DNA from: Eledone cirrhosa
Taxonomy: Eukaryota
Direction of reading: 5' to 3'
Length of the DNA: 64,000 bases
NCBI GenBank assembly: GCA_964016885.1
Contig: OZ024755.1
Location: forward strand, 23,746,001 to 23,810,000
Both the position numbers and the translations under genes were made by a program. Shown here piece after piece: positions 40,023 to 54,117 of this stretch. How positions within the stretch are numbered: position 1 is the first letter of the stretch; each line of letters begins with the position of its first letter. Under the pieces are notes generated by a model. That model had not been told where the DNA came from, made no database searches, and saw nothing but the letters and a program-made list of their open reading frames with translations.

Positions 40023-41217
40023 ATTGAAGAAAATGCATGTGAGGTGCTGTTTTGGCTATGTTATATATATGGGGATTGTCAGGATAGCTCCTCAAGCATT
40101 GTGAAAAATTTCTCATGAAGTTTACACTAATTCTTTTCAAAGAATGATGTATAATCCACACACAAAAATAAATAATAATATACTTTTCTTATCTGACGGA
40201 AATGTTGGTATCTTCTGTGTGAAAACAAAAGATTATTTGGTATCTAGCATATAAACATATATTTATATAGCTTCAATCAACTATACTATTTTCTATTTAG
40301 ATAGATTTTTAGGTATAAATAAACTTCTCTGGTGGTTTTCATCAATTTCTAAAGTATATATTAGAATTCTCCATCCATGGAGATAAAACAGTAATTCAAG
40401 AACACATCTCGACTTTAGTTTCAAATGTGCAAAAATATATCCACCAGCTTCAATATACATTCATATAAAACCATTATAATACTGAACATATTTCTAACAT
40501 TATGCAAAACAAGATATGTAGTAATTAATGGAATGAAATTAAGTATTAAAAATAAAATGAATTTTTATTAAAACGATTTTACTGATGGTATAAAAAGTTA
40601 TATGTTATATAATTTTATTTCTATATATCTTTCCTCAAAAGAAAGTTCATTTGTCTCTTTTAAAAATAGCCTGACAGAAGCATCATTTCTACAAATTCTA
40701 AGATTGGCTACATCATGACAAGCCTCAGAAACTTGATACTTAGCAAGTAGAAAATAGTATCAATTTTCTCTAAGCAAGGATTACAGACAGTTTAGCAGCA
40801 TGATGCTTACCAACTTATATTTGGTTTTCTTTGGATGAATTAGTATCTATGACAGAAGATTATTTTTTTAGCAGGTGTTATTTTTTATAATAATATTTTA
40901 AAATACTGTACTTGTTAGTTTTTCTTAAGAAGATCAGTTCTTCAAATGAAAAATTCTGTTGAAATTTTATGGGAAAATGTATTTTCTAAAAAAAAACAAA
41001 AATCTTTATATTTCTACATGCTTTTTTGTTTTGAGTCTTGACCAAGATTCATTCTTAAAATATTTCCTCCCTTATCCTAACACTAATTTGTTGTCTAATT
41101 TATTCTCCATGGCAATGATTTTACCATTTTGTCTACAGGGCACAGCTGAGATATACCAGTCTGGGCTGTAGAGTCTACTGCTACCTCCCACTTCCTCTAG
41201 CTATCATTATTTCATTA

Positions 41218-41482
41218 AGGCGGTGGATTGGCAATATCGGTAGAGGGTCGGACGCCATGCTTTCCAGCATAGTTACGTCCCTTTACGGTCTGAGTTCAAA
41301 TCCCGCCAAGGTTGACTTTGCCTTTCATCCTTACGGGGTCGATAAAATAAAGTACCAGTAATGTACTGGATAATTGCTGGTCTTGTGCCAAAAGTAGAAA
41401 CAATTATTTCATTTAGAGCACCAGTAATGCACTGGGATAATTGCTGGCCTTGTGCCAAAAGTAGAAACAATTATTTCATTTA
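41218..41482 (+). mobile_element. SINE A with duplicated 3' tail
   Basis: Full copy plus a tandem tail repeat. Confidence 0.9.
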
Positions 41483-41999
41483 GAAATTTTTTTATTGCTA
41501 ACATTATATAATTTAATTGAAATTTGTTGAATAAAGATTAATTTTCATTAATTCAGGTCATTTTAAAGTAAACTTAATCTAGCTTTCTTATAATTTAATT
41601 ATTTAAAGATTTTTATCTCTGCTTAGTGATGGATAAACTATGCTTGAATGGTAAATAAATGTTTATGTTATATATTAAGTAAATGTGGAAGTGAATAAAA
41701 AGTAAGGGCTCTGTTGAAATTGAACACCTCAATGTAAACCCTAATCTCATAAACATTCTAATAGTCACTAGGGTACTGGTTATGTCTACATATTTTCTAA
41801 GTCAAAAAGACAGAAACTTTGTGGAATAGAGCTGCATTGGAAATTAACTCTTAACATTCGATGGAAACATTGACAAACACAGATGCGCACGCACATACAC
41901 ATATAATTATGCATAGCCAGTGACATACACATATATTTACAACTATTTTAACATATACATATACTGACTATGTGTGTGTATATATATATATATATATAT

Positions 42000-42225
42000 G
42001 TATGAGGTAACAGCATTTCATTTTAAAATGTTTTATTGCTTATCAATTAGTACATATGTTTTGCAAATGATTCGCTTGATGTAATTATTAATATGATGAG
42101 CAGATCGATTCTGGAGTCTGGTCCATCACATCAACGAAGAGCACAAGCCAGTCATCTGTGAAACATATGTAACATCTGATATGCAGTAAAAACATTTTAA
42201 TTTAAAACTTTGTTACTTCATACGT
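42000..42225 (+). mobile_element. Foldback pLTR cassette with long-stem-II HHR
   Basis: ATGATGA 42093-99, gcagat/atctgt, GAAA 42160-63, palindromic acatatgt; 42000-42070 is an inverted copy of 42152-42223. Confidence 0.65.
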
Positions 42226-42829
42226 GATATATACACTCTGCTATAGCCTTGAGTGCTCATATTTGTGCCACCTCTATTAATCGACAAAATTACTGAACAA
42301 AATACATATTACATACATATACATACATATATACATATATATATATACACACACACACTCGTGTATGTATACACATGATGGCTGCATCTTGATTTCAAGA
42401 ATTGGCACCGTGTGAATCCCCCCTCATATATGGGTGTCCCAAACATGACTCTTTAGCCCTTCCAAGGATTTACATTCTTTTCTGCATATGCTATAGTGGT
42501 GAACATTACTTCCTCTTTAGTTTCCTACTTTATTTTGTTTTGGTGAGTTTTCAAATGACGTTGGAGGGGGGGGGGGCACTTGCCATGGCACATTGTTTTT
42601 CCAAAGTTCCAACAGGAAGAAATGCCAAAGAGACCACAATCAGCAACATTTTGTACATGGCTTCTATGATGATTTCTAAGACCAACTATGGCCACACTCA
42701 TTGCACAGTCATTTTGAGCAACTGATAATCCAGTTAAAGTAATATTGTGTAAACCCTTGCCAAACCCATCTTTAATTTTTCATGCTCAAAATGAAAATTT
42801 TCAAATTGCTGTTTTCCATTAAATACTGT

Positions 42830-45110
42830 TTACCTCCAAGATGATTGATCTAAGGCAATGTCTTCCCAGTTATCTTCTCAAAGTACTTTATCAAAGCTCT
42901 TTTGATGTAGTCTTTATGCCTGAGTCTTGGTTTATGCCTTGGCCATTTGCCTTTGACTGACTCCCTCTACAGTAACTGCTTAGGAATACAATGATCTGGC
43001 ATTCTTACAACATGGCCACTCCAGCACAATCTATATCGAATTGTGAGAGATTCCATACTTTCAAAATGACTTCATTCCTGCTCTTCAACATCACTCATAT
43101 GTGATTGCCAATGGGTATCAAGTATTTGGTGAAGTCACTGTTGATGAAAATGTTCAAGCATTTTTATACTTTGCTGGTATGTGACCCAAGTTTCACATGC
43201 ATACAGCAATGGATACAGTACACATGTTCTGTACACCTTTAACGTTGTATCAATGGAAATCGCACACCAACACCAATGACACCCATCTAATTTGCCAAAA
43301 GAATCACTTCCTTTCTTTTATCAGAAAAAGATTTTATCATGTTAACTGTGCTGCCTAAATATACAAATTTATTGACAACATTCAATGTTTTGTCATACAC
43401 ATAAATGCTAGACTAAGTGAAATACTTGCCTGAAGCAGGTTGATACATGACAACTGTCTTGGTCAGACTGATTGTCAGACCCAACATGCTGTATGCATGA
43501 GAAAAAGAATCCATCAGGTTCTGAAAGTCACTCTCAGAGTGAGCAACAAGATCACAATCATCAGCATACAAAAATTTATGTATTAACCTGTTGACTGCCG
43601 CATATATTTTACACAACTACAGTTGCTGTGCCAGGTTTTTTTTTTAGTAAAATGAAGTTATGTAATGTTGGAAATGAGTTATCTCATCCATGGCACTGGA
43701 ATGCATATATGTTAGGGCAAGTTATCTCGTCTAATGCACTGAACAGGTTAAGGAATTGAACACTTTTAATTTGGCAGCGAATCATCTGATGTTAAATAAC
43801 TTGCTTGTTGAACAATATTTGATATAAATTCCATGTATGTAGTCTTCAAATGGCACAAGGAAAACCATAGAGAAATTCAATGCAAACAGTGTAGGTGTTG
43901 GTATATCTCCTTGTTTTACTCCGTTTTCAACAAAAATGGGATTTGACACCTGTTCAATTATATTGACACAAGCTTACAGAACTGATACAAACTTGTCCGA
44001 ACAACCAAGCTTAGTTAGAATCTTCCATAAGGCAGTTCTATTCACTGTATCAAAAGTCTTTGTCATGTGTGTTGTCCTTTTATCACTTCTAAAGCCACAC
44101 TGTGTCTCACAGTGCTAGAGATGTTATCAAGCAGTCTGTCCAGTATGATTTTACACAAGACTTTTCCCCAGAATTCACTAGACGGGGGGAAGGGGGTTAT
44201 CCCACAATAGTTACCATAATCATCCTTTGCACCTTTTCCTTTATAAAGAACCATAATCAATCCATCTTGGCAATCATGGGGAATGCTTTCTTCTCAAACC
44301 TTGTGTATCAAGTTTGTAAGAAGTTGAAAAATGCTTTGACTTCCACATTTCAGTACCTCAGTACAAATATCATCCCTCCCTGGTGATTTCCCATTATTGA
44401 GTTGTTTTACAGTCACTTCCTCTTCCTCCAAGGAAGAACTTATTGTTAGTACATCATTTGTAGGTTAAATAGGAACTGAGTCAATAAACACCCTATTGAT
44501 CTGAAAGGGCTAATTCAAAAGTTCATTGAAATCTTCCCTCCATCTTAAAAGAATGTTCTTTGGGTTTCTAAACAATTTGTTGTCAGCTTGAGATTTTAAA
44601 CACTCCCTCTAGTGGGTCCTGTCAGAAGCAACCGTCCCCAACTGATCCGGCTAGATCCCTAAGCATGATCAGCCAAGCCCATGGATGTTATCCAGCAATC
44701 TAGCTATAATTCAATTTAGCATATTAAAACAAGTACATTTTTGTAAAATATATGAGCACATGTACAGGCATAGCTGTGTAGAGAAGAAGTTTGCTTTGTA
44801 AATATGGGTTCCAGTGTTACATCTATGAGATTTCAGAGGTATAATTGGAGAGGAATAATCACCATAGACTTCTTGTAATAAGGTGTACAGTAGCTTTGTA
44901 TTTTTGGTATCAGCTGCAGGTTGAATCTACTTCACTTTACTTCGTCATGCATTTTGCATTATATGAGGTTGTGTTGTAAATTAGCCTTCAACTCATTCAA
45001 CATTTCATTCCTTCATGCTCCTTGACCTCCTTTAAGCACTTTCATTATGGCTGCCTTTTTTCATTAATCAACACTTCAAACTTCTCCTCATTTTCATCAA
45101 ACCAATCTTG
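42830..45110 (-). mobile_element. Decayed RTE-BovB-like LINE with nested elements
   Basis: 'LYKGKG..DYGNYCGI', 'FLYADDCDLVAH', 'GLTISLTKT', 'FVYLGS'. Confidence 0.9.
43582..43751. mobile_element. TTAA-flanked piggyBac-like MITE family 2, inserted in the LINE
   Basis: TTAACCTGTTGA...TGAACAGGTTAA; further copies at 52713-52990 and 55051-55366. Confidence 0.75.
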
Positions 45111-45469
45111 TTTTCTCTTAATACTATGTAAATAATTAATTATAACAGCTTCGCTCATTGTTTATATATATTAGCATGACTCTTATCTGTATAGAAACAA
45201 TTGCTGAGATTAAATATCGATTTACTGTAACAACCTTGGTTCATCTTTTCTTCTTCTTCGCCCACTTATTCCTGAGGTGAGTCATGATGGCGGAGTCCTC
45301 AACAATCCTTCCTTGGTTCATTCAGTATTAAATAATTATGTTCACTGTCTTCAACCTGCAAGAACCTTAACCATTTAAAGTACACCTTTGATTAACCTTG
45401 GATCCCTGCTTATTGTCCACCTTTAGTGCACATTGAGCTTTCCACACCTTACCAATATATATATATATA

Positions 45470-45597
45470 TATTTTATAGAAGGAGCTTCTACAGGACTAG
45501 TACTGTTTCATTCAGATGAAATCTTCAGGAAGCGCTTCCTGAAGATTTCATCTGAATGAAACAGTACTAGTCCTGTAGAAGCTCCTTCTATAAAATA
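45470..45597. repeat. Perfect 128-bp palindrome with an HHR-like core in each arm
   Basis: Exact inverted repeat centred on agc|gct (45533/45534); CTGAAGA 45539-45, GAAA 45558-61. Confidence 0.95.
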
Positions 45598-45669
45598 AAA
45601 AAATTTTACTCTGCCATGTATTGAGTACCTTACTTACTGTGGTTATCCCCGACTCAACCCGGGACCTAC

Positions 45670-45702
<33 letters not shown>

Positions 45703-45784
45703 GTAGGAGGTGAGTTTTATTGTAGTACAATAATAAAATGCGCATAATAAAATACATGGAACTCTTTTAACCATCTTTTGTTCT

Positions 45785-45836
<52 letters not shown>

Positions 45837-45879
45837 ATTAGACTATATGTATCTGCCGATATTACTTCTTGTTGTTTTG

Positions 45880-45924
45880 ATTGCCCTGATGAGTCCTTAA
45901 TAGGACGAAACATTGTCGGCTAAT
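45880..45924 (+). ncRNA. Canonical minimal type I hammerhead ribozyme
   Basis: gcc-CTGATGA-gtcct(taat)aggac-GAAA-c(att)g-TC-ggc; all core nucleotides intact; predicted cleavage after 45917. Confidence 0.85.
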
Positions 45925-45965
45925 AAAAACTTTTGATGTATTAAAGGATTCTTTGTTTTACTCTC

Positions 45966-46016
<51 letters not shown>

Positions 46017-46117
46017 AAAAATATATACAGGCATATATATATGCACACATATGTACACATACGGATGTATATACATACAGATACACACATATACATACAT
46101 ATGTATATATATTTATA

Positions 46118-46167
<50 letters not shown>

Positions 46168-46184
46168 AAAATGTGTGAAATCCT

Positions 46185-46490
46185 TGATATTTAAAAACAG
46201 GAAAAGAATGACTTCACTTGTATTTCTAAACAATTTGATTTCATTTTATAATATTATGTATGATTTTACAATTAGGTTTTATAGATCTAGTTTGGCAATC
46301 GCCACTGATGAATGCAAGAAAGTTCTCCAGGAAAGTTAACCAGGAATCTTTAAAAATCTACCCACTAAAGTTAACAAAGAACTTACTAGATCTACAAAAC
46401 CAAATTGTAAAATCATAATAATATAAAATCAAATCAAATTGTTTAGAACTACAAGTGAAGTTATTCTTTTCATTTTTTTAAATATATCAT
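46185..46490. mobile_element. Foldback cassette with ~100-bp inverted arms and central CTGATGA..GAAA
   Basis: 46185-46290 is an imperfect reverse complement of 46385-46488. Confidence 0.6.
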
Positions 46491-47796
46491 CATCATATAT
46501 ATATATATATGCATATTTGTTTTACACACTGCTACATGAATATACATACATACACACATAATTACATTTATATATACAGTACATAAAGAATTAGATAAGT
46601 TATTACTAGACTACTAGACAACCATACAACTATAGACCTATTTTAATAGATTCTGTTACTTAAACATACATATGCAATTTTATAGATAGAGAGGTACAGA
46701 TAGACATTAACATATACTTTACACAAGCAAGATACAGACAGTCACAGCTACAAATTGAACATGTTATGTTTTTATACAATAGTATAAGAGATTTATAGAT
46801 GAAAAGGAAGCGTGCTTGTTCTCTTATGCACATGCATAACCAGAAGCTTCAGAAGGAAAATATTCCCATAGTATTAATAGAATACAGACACTCATTAACA
46901 CACACACATGTATATATATAGATAGAGAGAAAGAGAGAGATACTTATATAACATACATATTCAAACACATTCATAGTCACATACATACATTCATGGATGC
47001 CAACATATATACATACATACATGCACCAATCCCTCAATACATACATGCATCCATCCATATATACATACATGCACACATACATATATACGTACATTCATAC
47101 ACACACACACATATATATATATATACATTCACACATACATAATATACATACTTAATATATATATGAAAATCACACTTCACTTATAGATACACAAAAACAC
47201 ACACAGCTTTACAGAAATCAAATGTTTGTTAAAATACTAAAGAACATCAGATATTTAGCTTTTTTAGAGCCATGAGGTTGTTTTTTTTTTGTTTTTGATT
47301 ATTTTTTTGATTTTTGTCATGCTAGATGTAGCATGACTGTATTGACAGGTGAAAATATGTAACCCATATCAGGCTATAATATAACATGATCACAATGGTT
47401 CTGGGAATGGAGAAGAAAACATGACAGACTAATCTCTAAAGGAAAAGCAGAGTCTAAACCTACTGCAAAATGACGAGCTTCTAAACACGTAAAACAATGA
47501 AATAAAAGAGAAACTAAATGGTTAGTCTTTTCCAGCAAGCACTCTAATTTGTTCATGCCAATGCTATTAGTAGAAACTTCTAAGTTGTTTTATTGAAACA
47601 CCATTACCGCCATTATTTAAAAAAAAAATGTAAGAAACCATACCAAATAGGTTGAGAAAAAAAATATTACAAAGAAACAAAAAAAAAAAAAAAATTACCA
47701 AACCCAAGCCAAAAGCTATTTGAAAAAAAAAGCAAAAAAAACAACCAGGATTAAAAACATGATGCATCGATGCTGCAGCTGGGCTGACTTACATAC

Positions 47797-47847
47797 CTTC
47801 ATCTTTCTTTCTGGGGAATTTTTCTTTTTGCTTCGATGTAGGTGCTT
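47797..47847 (-). CDS. 51-nt internal exon of the host gene (APTSKQKEKFPRKKDE)
   Basis: Acceptor tcttgatatcaacAG, donor gaag|GTatgt, phase 1-1 compatible with the 56832 exon. Confidence 0.55.
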
Positions 47848-48742
47848 CTGTTGATATCAAGAGAGTATATTATGGTAAAACATCAAGAGTTTAAGAGTGT
47901 TTTGTGATTTCACATCAAGAATATTATGTTATAAATGCTTCTCTCCTCTACTTTCCCATACAGCCAGATCTGCCCTTCTTGACCCCTTCCCCAATTATTT
48001 TCTCATTACTTAATTTTGTTTTTATATTTCTTTTTCATATTTATGTAATTATCAATGGTTTTTAAGCCAACTTTGTGAGTGAAACACCTGTATTGAGAAT
48101 AAACATTTATTATCAATGAACATGAAAAAAAAAATGGTCATTTGTAGATAATTATAATAGGACATGCACACAATTATTTGTTATTAGTTGTATGTTAATA
48201 TAACATACTTTTAGCATTGATATGATAATAGTAATATATTTGTGTATAATAGTAATATAATTGTGTAACCAACCAGTAAGTGTATGATAGGAATAATCTC
48301 ATGGATATAATGTTAGAGATAAGATATAACTGCTATAAGTTCGTGATATTTCAATAGTCATATATTTTTATCTAAAATTAAAAAAAAATTGGAATCTAAT
48401 TTTTTAAAAATAATAATAAAAGAAATTATATTTTTCCAAATTCAGTTTAACAAAATTCTCATGAAATTGAATTTTGATTTGGTTATCTAAAATCTCTAAT
48501 TTATTAGGGAAAAATTTTGCTGAAATGAATAAAAATATGTACAACCCCCGACATTAATTTGAATTTTGAAGTGTTCATAATTAGTTAAAACAAAATTGAA
48601 ATATGATTCTCTTTCTTTACAACATATCATCTTCATCATCGAAGGTTTGGTATTTGTTTTCTACAGAGACAGGATTATAGTATTGACTTTTCACTTTCTA
48701 GTTTAATTCTTTTTGAGGAATTCAGTTTTCTCCAATTCATCC

Positions 48743-48969
48743 TTAAACCTTTTAGCATTTAAACTGGCTGTGTCTGGCCAGAATTCTCTCACCTCTTTCT
48801 GTTCAAACTGGCCATAACAAGCTGCTCATAGTTATGTTCAGGTATTGTTCTCAAAATATATATAAAAATCTCATAGATTCGATATTATGTGGGGTAATTG
48901 TGTGAGGTAAAGTGTTTACTGTGAAAATACAATAGTAAATATAGAGTAATGTAAATGCTAAAGGGTTAA
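48743..48969. mobile_element. piggyBac-like MITE family 1
   Basis: TIRs and TTAA flanks. Confidence 0.85.
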
Positions 48970-50045
48970 AAGATATATTTTCATTTGGTTTCCCTTTAAG
49001 TTTTAAAAGATAATCCTGCATTTCTGTCTGCTGTGTATATTCATCATTTTAGACTCTTAAAATAATTATTTTTCAATAGTAAAGGTCCTTCTCAAGAAAT
49101 ATCCTACTTGCTTCAGGCAATGAAGTTGGTGCTATTGTCTCCCATATCACAGTTGAGTTTCAATAATGTAAATATCTAAAATTGACGAACCATCCAACAT
49201 AGACTAGCATAAAAAAAAAAATGTAAAAAATCAAAAATCAAAAAAAAATCATTAAACATAAAAAGAAAAGTATTTTGAAATTAAATTTTCCAAGAAAATT
49301 GATGGCTTTATTCCAATTGATCAAACATTTATTGTGCATGATGCATAAAAAATGTTTTCTTAAATGTTTATGGTAAGGTTGAGAAAAAGTACAAGCAGAA
49401 GTAGAGATGGAAACTTATAATTACATGTGGCTGTGTTAGTTTAAATACTAAACATGGATATAAACATGGCTGTGAGGTTAAGAAATTCACTTCACTTCAC
49501 AACAACATGGAGCTTTGATCCTTCTGTACACCACATAGAGCAAATGTAAATTATGTAGAAGTCTTTAATTTATGTATGTGTATGTTTGTCTGTCTGTTTG
49601 AATTTGATACATCACTGGTTATGATGTCATCTCCAGAGATTCTGATATTGAAATCCAGGACTTGGCAATGACAATGAACGACAGCCCTACATGGAAATCA
49701 ATTGTTGAGTCCATTTTGGCTGAGGCCGCCGGATGAAGAGTTATAAAAAAAAATTTAATTTTGTTAAAATGGTAACTAAACCAGTCAATGAAATACAAAT
49801 CAGTGAAAAAAATACTACACTGAAATAAGTACAGGGTCACTGTATTGACTAAAAAAAAATAAAAACACAATGTCTCAGCATGGGACAGCAAAACAATAAA
49901 AGAAACTAAAAGAATATGATAGATAAATACCTTACAAGGAAGACTGATATTGAAATATATTTGGCAGGATTAATTCAGGAATATATTATTGAGAATAAAA
50001 AAAATGAGGAAGTTTCATTTACATATAAAAGATGTTTATTGTGTA

Positions 50046-50137
50046 TTGTTACACGCATTTCCCAGAGCATTGGCTCAAGGTCACCCATAGGAGTTATGGA
50101 CCCGACTCCACTATCGATCTGCTCTTCAGACTGGTGA
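50046..50137 (-). ncRNA. Hammerhead-like RNA with branched stem II
   Basis: gt-CTGAAGA-gcaga...ggagtc..aactcc...tctgg-GAAA-tgcgtGTA-ac; homolog at 59946. Confidence 0.5.
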
Positions 50138-51479
50138 TGTGACAAAAAAATATATATTTCTGTTTTGGTTTATGAGAAAATAGATGTATATGTATAAGCA
50201 TCGGCCCTATTTTTTTTTTGTGTGTGGGCATTGTAGTGTAGTTGGTGGGGCAGCTATGTGGGTGAGTATTCACAGATATTCATGCATATGTTTGCGTGTG
50301 TGTAGTTGTGCACGTGGGCATGTACTGGTATGTGGTTTGGATATTTAAAAGTCTAGGTTTGATGTAAACAGGAAGCTGAAAAAGAGAGTGGCCATAATGG
50401 TGGGGGGTGTTGGGGGGTGTCATGCTTGGTTGACCTGGTAATAGTTCATCTTATCATTAAGAACAGTTCAAGTTTGGCTTGGCAAAAATGAATGACTGGA
50501 TGAACTAAAAATTAAAAACGTTAAGAAATGAATTTGTACAATAACTCTAGTTCTATTTTATTAATCTCTGTTGATATTTAGATAAAATAAATGATTTAAG
50601 TTTTATATTTGTATCAGTATTATTGGAAATTTAAAAAAAATCCAGATTTATTTCAGAGCAATCTAAAGAGTGTCTATTAATAATAAATAAAATCAAAATA
50701 CAAAAAGTCCCAACAAAATGAATAAATATCAGTATAAAATTGTAAGCCATAAAAATGGGAATAAGGAAACCATAAGATCGAAAAAAAAAAAGGAAAATGT
50801 CAAAATATTCATGGCATTCTTATCGTTTTTACACTAAATGTTTTCTATGATATCAATAAAACTATTATATAAACTATATTTCTTTTAGAAAAGAAATAAA
50901 AAAAATAGACAAATGAATATTAAAAATAAATAAACAAACAATAAGAATAATTCATTACAAACATAAGATGGTTGTAAATAAACTTCCTGTAATAATAAAA
51001 GAATTACATTTCTTGATTGAAAAATGGATTAGAATTGCAATCATTGAGTGAAGGTAAATTCAACAATGGTTGTGACAAATAGAAAATAGGAAAACAAAGA
51101 CCTTTAAAAAAATAGTAAATCAAATAAAAGAAAGATAAATTCAAAATACATTTCGTTTCAAAATTGTAAATATCTTTTTTAATACGATTTTGTTTCTACT
51201 TTGAGTAAGTGTTACTTGATGAAAAATTAAAAATGTCTAAGATATGGGATGTCTCCTCTAGTATTATAACTTACATGTTCATACACCCACACACACCAGG
51301 CCTGAACAATAATTGATTGTTATTTGGTTCCCTTAGAAAAAAATACACAATTTATAAACTATTGTAAATAAACCTATCTTCACATCCGTTAAAAAAAAAA
51401 TTTAAAAAAATTGTTACAACTTTCCATTTACTTCTCATGTATGCCACCGCATTTGTGTGTAGTTAATAGCTTAGATAAA

Positions 51480-51821
51480 GGAGGCACATGGCTCAGTGGT
51501 TAGAGCATTGGCCTTGCAATCGAAAGGTTGTGAGTTCAATTCTCAGACCGGGTGATGTGTTGTTTCCTTGAGCAAGACACTTTATTTCACATTGTTCCAG
51601 TTTACTCAGCTGTAGAAATGAGATGATAGGGACTGGGGTCCCTATCATTCCACTGCAAAGTGGACGTGGAGGTGCCACGGCAAAAAAGCACCCAGCACTC
51701 ACTGTAAATGAGGTTGGTGTTAGGAAGGGCATCCAGCTGTAGAAATCAAGCCAAATCAGTTCCCGTCTCACCCTTGCAAGCAGGGAAAAGTGGACGTTAA
51801 ATGAAATGAAATGAAATGAAA
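51480..51821 (+). mobile_element. Full-length SINE B
   Basis: tRNA-like head, core, atgatagggac/gtccctatcat hairpin, RTE tail, (TGAAA)n. Confidence 0.9.
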
Positions 51822-51951
51822 GGTGGACACTTTAAGGTAGATTTGTTTTTGTCATATTAAGGACTTCAGTTGCACTCAAAGGTTTATGGGATGCTGTATT
51901 GTTAATGTACCAAAAGACTGAATGCTTCAGTCAGAAGCAATCGGTCTATAT

Positions 51952-52436
51952 CAGAGGTTCTCAAAGTGGGTTTCAAAGGGTCTAGGGAGGGGGCGCTAGA
52001 GATGATATAATAGTATATTAAATATCAAATTATATATATTATATATAAATATAAGGCAGTGGATTTGCAGTATTGGTAGAAGGTCGAACACCATGCTTTG
52101 CAGCATAGAGGTACGCCCGTATATGGTCTGATGTTCCAATCCTGCTGAGGTTAACTTTGCCTTTCGTCCTTACAGGGTTGATAAAATAAAGTACCAGTAA
52201 TGCACTGGGATAATTGCTGGCCTTGTGCAAAAAGTAGAAACAATTATATATAAGTATAGTAAAATTTAAAAAATATATAATATTTACTTATACATAGTAT
52301 ATATTATAGTATTTATTATATAAAAATTAACAATTTAATCTATTATATATTATTTACAATTTGTGTGTAGGTGGGGGTGCTGGGGGTTTTACGTGGCCAT
52401 GAGGGGGTGGTGGCCAAAAAAGTTTGAGAACCTCTG
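51952..52436. mobile_element. hAT-Charlie-like MITE with nested SINE A (52054-52245)
   Basis: TIR CAGAGGTTCTCAAA; 8-bp TSD gtctatat/gtctacat. Confidence 0.85.
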
Positions 52437-52712
52437 GTCTACATGATCTGTGTTAAAAATTCTGTAAAATTGGATTACATTGGTGAAGGAATGAAAGCAA
52501 AAGTATCTTGTGTTCTTGAACAATACAACAAAAGAAAACAAAATGGCACATCTGAAATTTGAATGTTTTATGTTCACAAAGCAGAAACTAATGGTGTCAT
52601 TGTGTTTAATGTTAACACAAAATTTAAAACAACTCAAAGTATTTCTGGAATATGTTGTAAAATGATGAGACTTTCTTTGATTTGGAAAGTATATCTAGAA
52701 GTAGATTTTTAT

Positions 52713-52990
52713 CTTAACCTGTTGACTGCCACATATTTTACACAGCTACAGTTGCTGTGCCAGTTTTTTTTCAGTAAAATGATTATTTTTTTTTTAAACA
52801 AACATTTATTGACAACACATATCTGAATGATTGACAAACATCACATCAATAAACTAGTAACCCATCTAGCTTTGAAGTTATGAACTGTTGGAAAAGAGTT
52901 CAAACAGATTAGGATGAATTATGTCGTCTGTGGCACTGGAATGTATACATGTTAGAACGAGTTATCTCATCTATGGCACTGAAGAGGTTA
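52713..52990. mobile_element. piggyBac-like MITE family 2
   Basis: TTAACCTGTTGA...TGAAGAGGTTAA. Confidence 0.75.
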
Positions 52991-54117
52991 ATGTATAAAT
53001 ACATAATATGCTGGCTAGGAAGAGAAGTTTAAAAAAACAAAATTAGAATTTGGTTTTTCGCTCTAACATAGCAGATACATAAATGTATTCATGAATTTGA
53101 TATCGAATAATAATAATAATATTCGATTTGTTTACCGGCAAACAGCCTCATTATGCTATGATTTTTAGATGACCCTCACCATTCTTTTGTTCTAGCAGTT
53201 ACAGGTTGTTTCTCTCTGTCACCGCTAGAACAAAAGGATGAGATTGTTTGCTGGCAATCGAATATTATCATTATTTGATATAAAACTCACAAATAATAAT
53301 AAAAGTTTATATATTGATTATACTTCTTAAAAGAAAACGAAATAGGAAAAGAAATTTATGCTTAAACTGCAAAATATATAAGATAGATTTGAAACGTCAA
53401 ACAGTCTGTGATCTTAAGAAACTTAAAAAACAAATGAATGTAATATATTGCATAAGATTTTTATGTTGTGTTTAATATATTTTAGCAGTTTAGAAAATAA
53501 AAATAAAATCCTGAAAGTTTCATCATGAATAATAAGATTTTATATTGAAAATTAAATCTTTTTTCTTTACTTCTTTTCAAAGAACAATAGTTATGATAAA
53601 ACAATAGCAATAGTACTAATACTAATCTGAGAAAATGTAGGTAAAAGGAAATGTGTATTGGTGAAAGTGTATAGAATGTTGTAGTTTTTATAGTTTTCAA
53701 GTCTTCTTTTCTCTTTTATCTCTTTGATCTCTCTACCTTTCCCTTTTGCTACTTTTCTTAATTCCATTAAGACACTCTATAATTCAGAAACATCAAAACA
53801 TTATTCCAAGAGGCATATTGAGATAATGTCAATATTGAAATAAAAGCAATGATGGAATGTTTTAAATTATATTTTTGATTATTCTAAATATACCAAACTA
53901 CAGGCATAAAACAATATGAGCTGATACCTAAATAAAAAGAAAAACCTCGCAGCCCACATCTTCAGTACATTTTACTTAATTCAATCAAATTAATGTAATA
54001 GAAATCTAAACAGAAGAATACTCAGTTTAACTGTCACCACACAACACAGTTGATACTTGTAAGATATATCTCTTATCACTAAAGAGAGCTTAGCATAATT
54101 ACATTGATAACATTTTC

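Noticed and set aside
51480-51550. tRNA gene (GCA anticodon-like loop)
   Set aside because: SINE head; the cloverleaf stems do not pair properly and it continues into the SINE core in multiple copies
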